Below, piece by piece: positions 61,001 to 64,000 of a stretch of 64,000 nucleotides of DNA. A program made the position numbers and the translations under genes. The DNA is taken from contig CP084167.1 in NCBI GenBank assembly GCA_021513715.1, positions 1,664,001 to 1,728,000 on the forward strand. Reading direction: 5' to 3'. The notes under the pieces are model-generated. The model worked only from the letters and a program-made list of their open reading frames with translations. It was not told where the DNA came from and did no database searches. This DNA comes from Candidatus Heimdallarchaeum endolithica (GTDB lineage Archaea; Asgardarchaeota; Heimdallarchaeia; Heimdallarchaeales; Heimdallarchaeaceae). The number at the start of each line of letters is the position of its first letter. Positions within the stretch are counted from its first letter, which is position 1.

Positions 61001-61173
61001 CGCTTTAACAAATCAGAAAAAAGCTGGCGATTATCTTCAATTTTAGCTAATTCTGAAGGAGATTGAGTATCAATTTGAACAAAATCAAAACAATCTAAAT
61101 AATGTAATTTGGATACAAGAAGAAGGGAGTCGGAGGGTGACACCTGAACCTTTGAAAGTACTCTTTTTGCCAT
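58045..61173 (-). CDS. atpI: A/V-type ATP synthase subunit I (Vo a homolog) with duplicated soluble N-terminal domain
   Basis: EVDP, FGIMFADVGHG, SNTLSFSRILA (essential Arg), LRLHWVEFFSKFY; about 1042 aa with two WGW-terminated N-terminal units. Confidence 0.93.
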   Translation of the reverse strand: MAKRVLSKVQVSPSDSLLLVSKLHYLDCFDFVQIDTQSPSELAKIEDNRQLFSDLLKRFTTISQELDLDLSNVYLYSEKNYSDVFDASRFLSELKSFLDTHETSYISLFEENRSLTKKHLIADKLHYFRHKFKNADISLDLLSPGPSTFSIVGEIHHSYEEVISFYIDEITKGLYYFWSIESSDPDFRLVFILTPQEYQDEVSTILEDFYFSSIDFELSVFADMFSDEETSKLTVANVHDFLHEKHDEILSQISELRDEHRETLLHFLTSINLMLELFDILEQGRTTETNFTLWGWIKPNDYLILEKELKELPFPVKLTQLRDVPLKYKKSKKISKDRGSLTLKEEKTIEKEIPPYHHLGNSKGGALFPKDVEFVKMEVPKEHTRKLISFIHNTGILHQEKIGRQSEDILNDIKQKRQNLTLLSSKISRYKQALGLSIPPAISDSKIAVKDNYDEAISFVEQFIADYGEKIENLSSELKELKAKETELKTYIPIYSYLSSDVKPYLDDPDFETCTFLGNIPKKNVKAVKFFLNEVSDGQLVFIEVDQPEKSDTVFVYILSLIDYKKSIQQILEEYSFELLSIDYSMISSESIESQLTNLQTEIEHKEHELDEIREKVEDKIFALEELIETEIKRLETEEKCKTDETTTTIWGWVPKDKVEDLKKETEKLDFPITMSEKQKVPLTNPSMTKHGNKVTKVFRGIVDGMGIPSTHEVDPFKIIQFTFPLIFGIMFADVGHGILLFLIGLFLTYKKNKKNIEPDESMSGFLYKGSELLTLSGFSSIIFGFLFGALLGDEVFLPHIYENVLHIEWLPLIEPTKEVPLFLLFSISIGFVLIQLGIWLRFIENKKYGHGVASWVSPIILSIFYVGLFAVLYNLMGAGATSRLIGGNALPSIPKPYSTIFTIIALVSIPLVFLFEYLHEGTEGIMEAIDHLIALFSNTLSFSRILAMLLVHAILSGLPYILAGVDTHNVSALASSWIYWLVGIVWGLVVIVPIEGMFSFLQTLRLHWVEFFSKFYKGEGVQYTPLLEKTKFIQYTTVAGE

Positions 61174-61658
61174 TAATTTCTCACCAGAATAGTAAGCACG
61201 ATAGTTTAACAAAAAAAAAGAAGAACAATTTTAAAATCTTCCTACTGAACATAAGACAAAAAAGATAGTGATCTTATAACTAAAAAATATGAGTAAATAT
61301 TGGAGAAGAAACAAGAAAGAAAAGAATGAACTACAAAAACAAAGAAGAGAGTTAAAAAATTAAAAAAGAGATTTGAAAAAAAGAATTGTTTGGTTTAAAA
61401 ATCAGTGAAATTTTTAAATTTTATTCGAGAATAATTTATTTTAAATGGAAAAACAGTAAAAAAAGAGAAATAATAACAAATATGCAAATAATCCAAAAAC
61501 AAAAAATGGAAGATGAATTCATTTAAAAAGAATGACCTAAGAATAACAAAAAGTTTAATAACTTTCTAAAGGTAACTAAGGTCAGTAACCAAATAGGTTA
61601 GATTTGTAAAGACAAGTCGAAAAAAAATTGAAAAAACCAAACAATAGGTGAAAAATTT

Positions 61659-62795
61659 ATGGAAGAAATAGTATCTGATAAACCGTTGGTAATAGACAAC
61701 GGAACAGGATTCACAAAAAATGGATTCGCAGGAGAAGATCAACCAAGAAGTGTGTTCCCAACGCTAATAGGTTATCCAAAATACCAAATAATAATGACTG
61801 ATGTTGAACATTACGTGAGAGAATACTATATAGGAGAAGAAGCACTAAACTTGAGAGGAGTGCTAAAACTAGTATACCCAATAGAACATGGACAAATAGG
61901 TGACTGGGACGCTATGGAAAGAATCTGGCATTACACCTTCTATAACGACCTAAGAGTTAATCCTAACGAGCATCCTATTTTGCTCACTGAACCTCCTCTG
62001 AACAAGAATGTAAACAAGGAAAAAATGGCAGAATTAATGTTTGACACCTTTAATGTTCCGGCTATGTATATTAGCATGCAAGCTATTCTTTCGCTTTATG
62101 CTTCAGGTCGTACTACAGGTATTGTAGTAGATAGTGGAGATGGTGTCACACACATAGTTCCTGTTTACGAAGGGTTCGCAATTAGCCATGCTATTCGAAG
62201 AGCAGATATTGGTGGACGTGACATTACAGACTATCTACGTCGGCTATTAAGACAAAGAGGATATTCATTAACAAGCAGTGCAGAAAGAGAAATTGTTCGT
62301 GATATTAAGGAACGTCTGTGTTACGTAGCTTTAGATCCTGAAAAAGAACTTAAACTTGCAGAAAAAGTTTCAGGTATGGAAAAGACTTACACATTACCAG
62401 ATGGAGAAACACTAAGCATTGGCGCAGAGCGCTTTATGGCTCCAGAATTATTCTTCAACCCTGGAGCAATAGGATCAGAAGAACTGCCTATGGATGAACA
62501 AATATATCAATCTATCACTGATTGTGATGTCGATCTTAGAAGAGATCTTTATTCCAACATCGTCCTTTCTGGTGGGTCAACAATGTTCCCAGGTTTGAAA
62601 GAGAGATTACACAAGGAACTAACGGAACTAGTACCAGAGACTATGGAAGTAAAAATCATTGCTCCTCCAGAAAGACGTTACAGCGTATGGATAGGAGGAA
62701 GCATACTAAGTAGTCTGAAAACATTTACAAAACTGTGGGTAACTAAGAAAGAATATAAGGAAACTGGGCCTACAGCCGTTTATAGATGCATTTAA
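61659..62795 (+). CDS. Asgard actin (lokiactin-type)
   Basis: [65 protein letters not shown]. Confidence 0.98.
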   Translation: MEEIVSDKPLVIDNGTGFTKNGFAGEDQPRSVFPTLIGYPKYQIIMTDVEHYVREYYIGEEALNLRGVLKLVYPIEHGQIGDWDAMERIWHYTFYNDLRVNPNEHPILLTEPPLNKNVNKEKMAELMFDTFNVPAMYISMQAILSLYASGRTTGIVVDSGDGVTHIVPVYEGFAISHAIRRADIGGRDITDYLRRLLRQRGYSLTSSAEREIVRDIKERLCYVALDPEKELKLAEKVSGMEKTYTLPDGETLSIGAERFMAPELFFNPGAIGSEELPMDEQIYQSITDCDVDLRRDLYSNIVLSGGSTMFPGLKERLHKELTELVPETMEVKIIAPPERRYSVWIGGSILSSLKTFTKLWVTKKEYKETGPTAVYRCI

Positions 62796-62879
62796 CTTAA
62801 TTTTTTTCTCTTTCTTTTCCTTTTTAATTTTAATTTTTATTTATAATTTTTTAATTATAATTTATAATTTTTTAATTTT

Positions 62880-62931
62880 CGGCTGTAGGTTAGTTTCCTT
62901 ATTTATATTCCATCTTAGTTACCCACAATTT
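62880..62931 (-). repeat. Inverted imperfect copy of the actin 3' coding end (62728-62778)
   Basis: Perfect blocks CGGCTGTAGG (10 bp), AGTTTCCTTAT (11 bp) and TCTTAGTTACCCACA (15 bp) are complementary to the actin CDS in colinear order. Confidence 0.9.
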
Positions 62932-63440
62932 TTTTAATTGCTACATAGCTATTTCTTTTTTAAATGCTTTTTAGACTGCTTCTTGTTATGTTATTTTTGT
63001 TTTTTCTACTCTCTTTTTCTATTTGTTAGTGTTTGTTATTATTGTTTTTTTCTTATTTTTTTTTGGTCCCCCACGGTTTTCTCTTCTAAATTAATTCAAA
63101 CATTACCAATTTGTGTACTAATTTCACCTTCTAGAACTGTTATTTTTTGCTTTACTAATTTTTGAATAGTATTTTTGTACACACCGCCGCTCATTGCAAC
63201 AAGTTTCAGACGATTTCTTCACCTTCTTCCTTATATCTATTTCATTTAAGATGAATATTTTGAGATATTTTTTCCTTCAACACGATCAATAAACTTTTGT
63301 ACTTTCTTCCTTTTTCTTTTTCCATTTTTTGTTTGCTTACCTCTTTCATCTATTTCTCCAAAATTTTTTGTTATATTTTCTGGGTCATGATGAGAAAACT
63401 TTATTTTATTCTTTGAGTATACATTCTTTTAGGGGGTATA

Positions 63441-64000
63441 TTGTTGGACGTCAATTTACTCAGATCTTATTTATCTGAGCCTAGCTATCGCGCTGTTTTA
63501 TCAGAGATTATTCATTCCCATCGTAGCCGTTCTATTGACGAACTTTCTTCTCTTTTTCCTTCTTTAACTAGTAACTACTCTTTGACTAAAATTCTTAAGA
63601 AGTTTGTAGATATCGGTATAATTAAACGCAAGAAAATTTCTCTTGGTGCTCAAGAGCGCGAATTTTATTTTCCCAACAGGGAGCTCTTACGTAGCAATTT
63701 TTATCAAGATTTGCTTTTAGAATATGAAGATCTAAACTATCCATCTAAACTAGATCTGGAATTTACTTATCTCTGGGAAGATTGGCCCCAGTGCCTTATT
63801 GACAATTATTCTTTAACACTATATATTGTCACCAGTACTTACTTACCTGAAAACGTAGATATTTCACACTTAACAAAGCTCCTTACTGTTTGGGCTTTAA
63901 AATATGCTAATCTTTCTATTGAAAATATTCAGATTTCTAATATTGTTGATACTAAAGCAACCCCTGTTAAAACTAACAATTTAATAGTTATTGGCTCTGG
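63441..64000 (+). CDS. Hypothetical protein with N-terminal winged-helix-like domain, 3'-truncated by window
   Basis: GGGGG SD then TTG; open to the window end: MLDVNLLRSYLSEPSYRAVL...SIDEL...LTKILKKFVDIGIIKR...FYFPN. Confidence 0.7.
   Translation, partial: MLDVNLLRSYLSEPSYRAVLSEIIHSHRSRSIDELSSLFPSLTSNYSLTKILKKFVDIGIIKRKKISLGAQEREFYFPNRELLRSNFYQDLLLEYEDLNYPSKLDLEFTYLWEDWPQCLIDNYSLTLYIVTSTYLPENVDISHLTKLLTVWALKYANLSIENIQISNIVDTKATPVKTNNLIVIGS

Noticed and set aside
59-63165. Many short ORFs antisense to or overlapping well-supported genes (e.g. 59-472, 1384-1812, 15338-15754, 37784-38113, 55907-56365) plus the low-complexity ORF 62938-63165
   Set aside because: Shadow frames or T-rich low-complexity ORFs with no motifs.
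63175-63193. TTGTACACACCGCC, identical to the universal SSU rRNA 1392 region
   Set aside because: The match stops after 14 nt and the flanks are AT-rich with no other rRNA motifs; treated as coincidence.

Overview
AT-rich archaeal chromosomal DNA, almost certainly from an Asgard archaeon. A Heimdallarchaeia-like origin is inferred from actin, the ubiquitin-ESCRT cluster with a fused UEV-Vps23/37-Vps28, a Rab-like GTPase, roadblock and an archaeal thermosome. Core blocks: glycine cleavage gcvT-H-PA-PB, intein-containing rtcB, archease, hutH/hutI, thermosome, scattered A/V-ATPase genes (K, C, I), a ubiquitin/E1/ESCRT-I/II/III/Vps4 cluster, tmk-proS and actin. Between them lie accessory islands of secreted or surface proteins, several of them frameshifted or interrupted. 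Mobile DNA resolved to the base: three copies of a 110-bp MITE (11-bp TIR, 6-bp TSD), a decayed 1011-bp IS5-like element, and a 370-bp protein-free insertion carrying a compact structured RNA-like core, one of whose loops matches its own insertion flank. Best leads: (1) that 370-bp element, a candidate RNA-guided non-autonomous mobile element; (2) an ATPase subunit I whose soluble N-terminal domain is tandemly duplicated, a possible intermediate toward eukaryotic V-ATPase subunit C; (3) an antisense copy of the actin 3' end just downstream of actin; (4) structured leaders and palindromic operators. No rRNA, tRNA or CRISPR array was found. All calls come from reading motifs by eye; no searches or folding programs were run.
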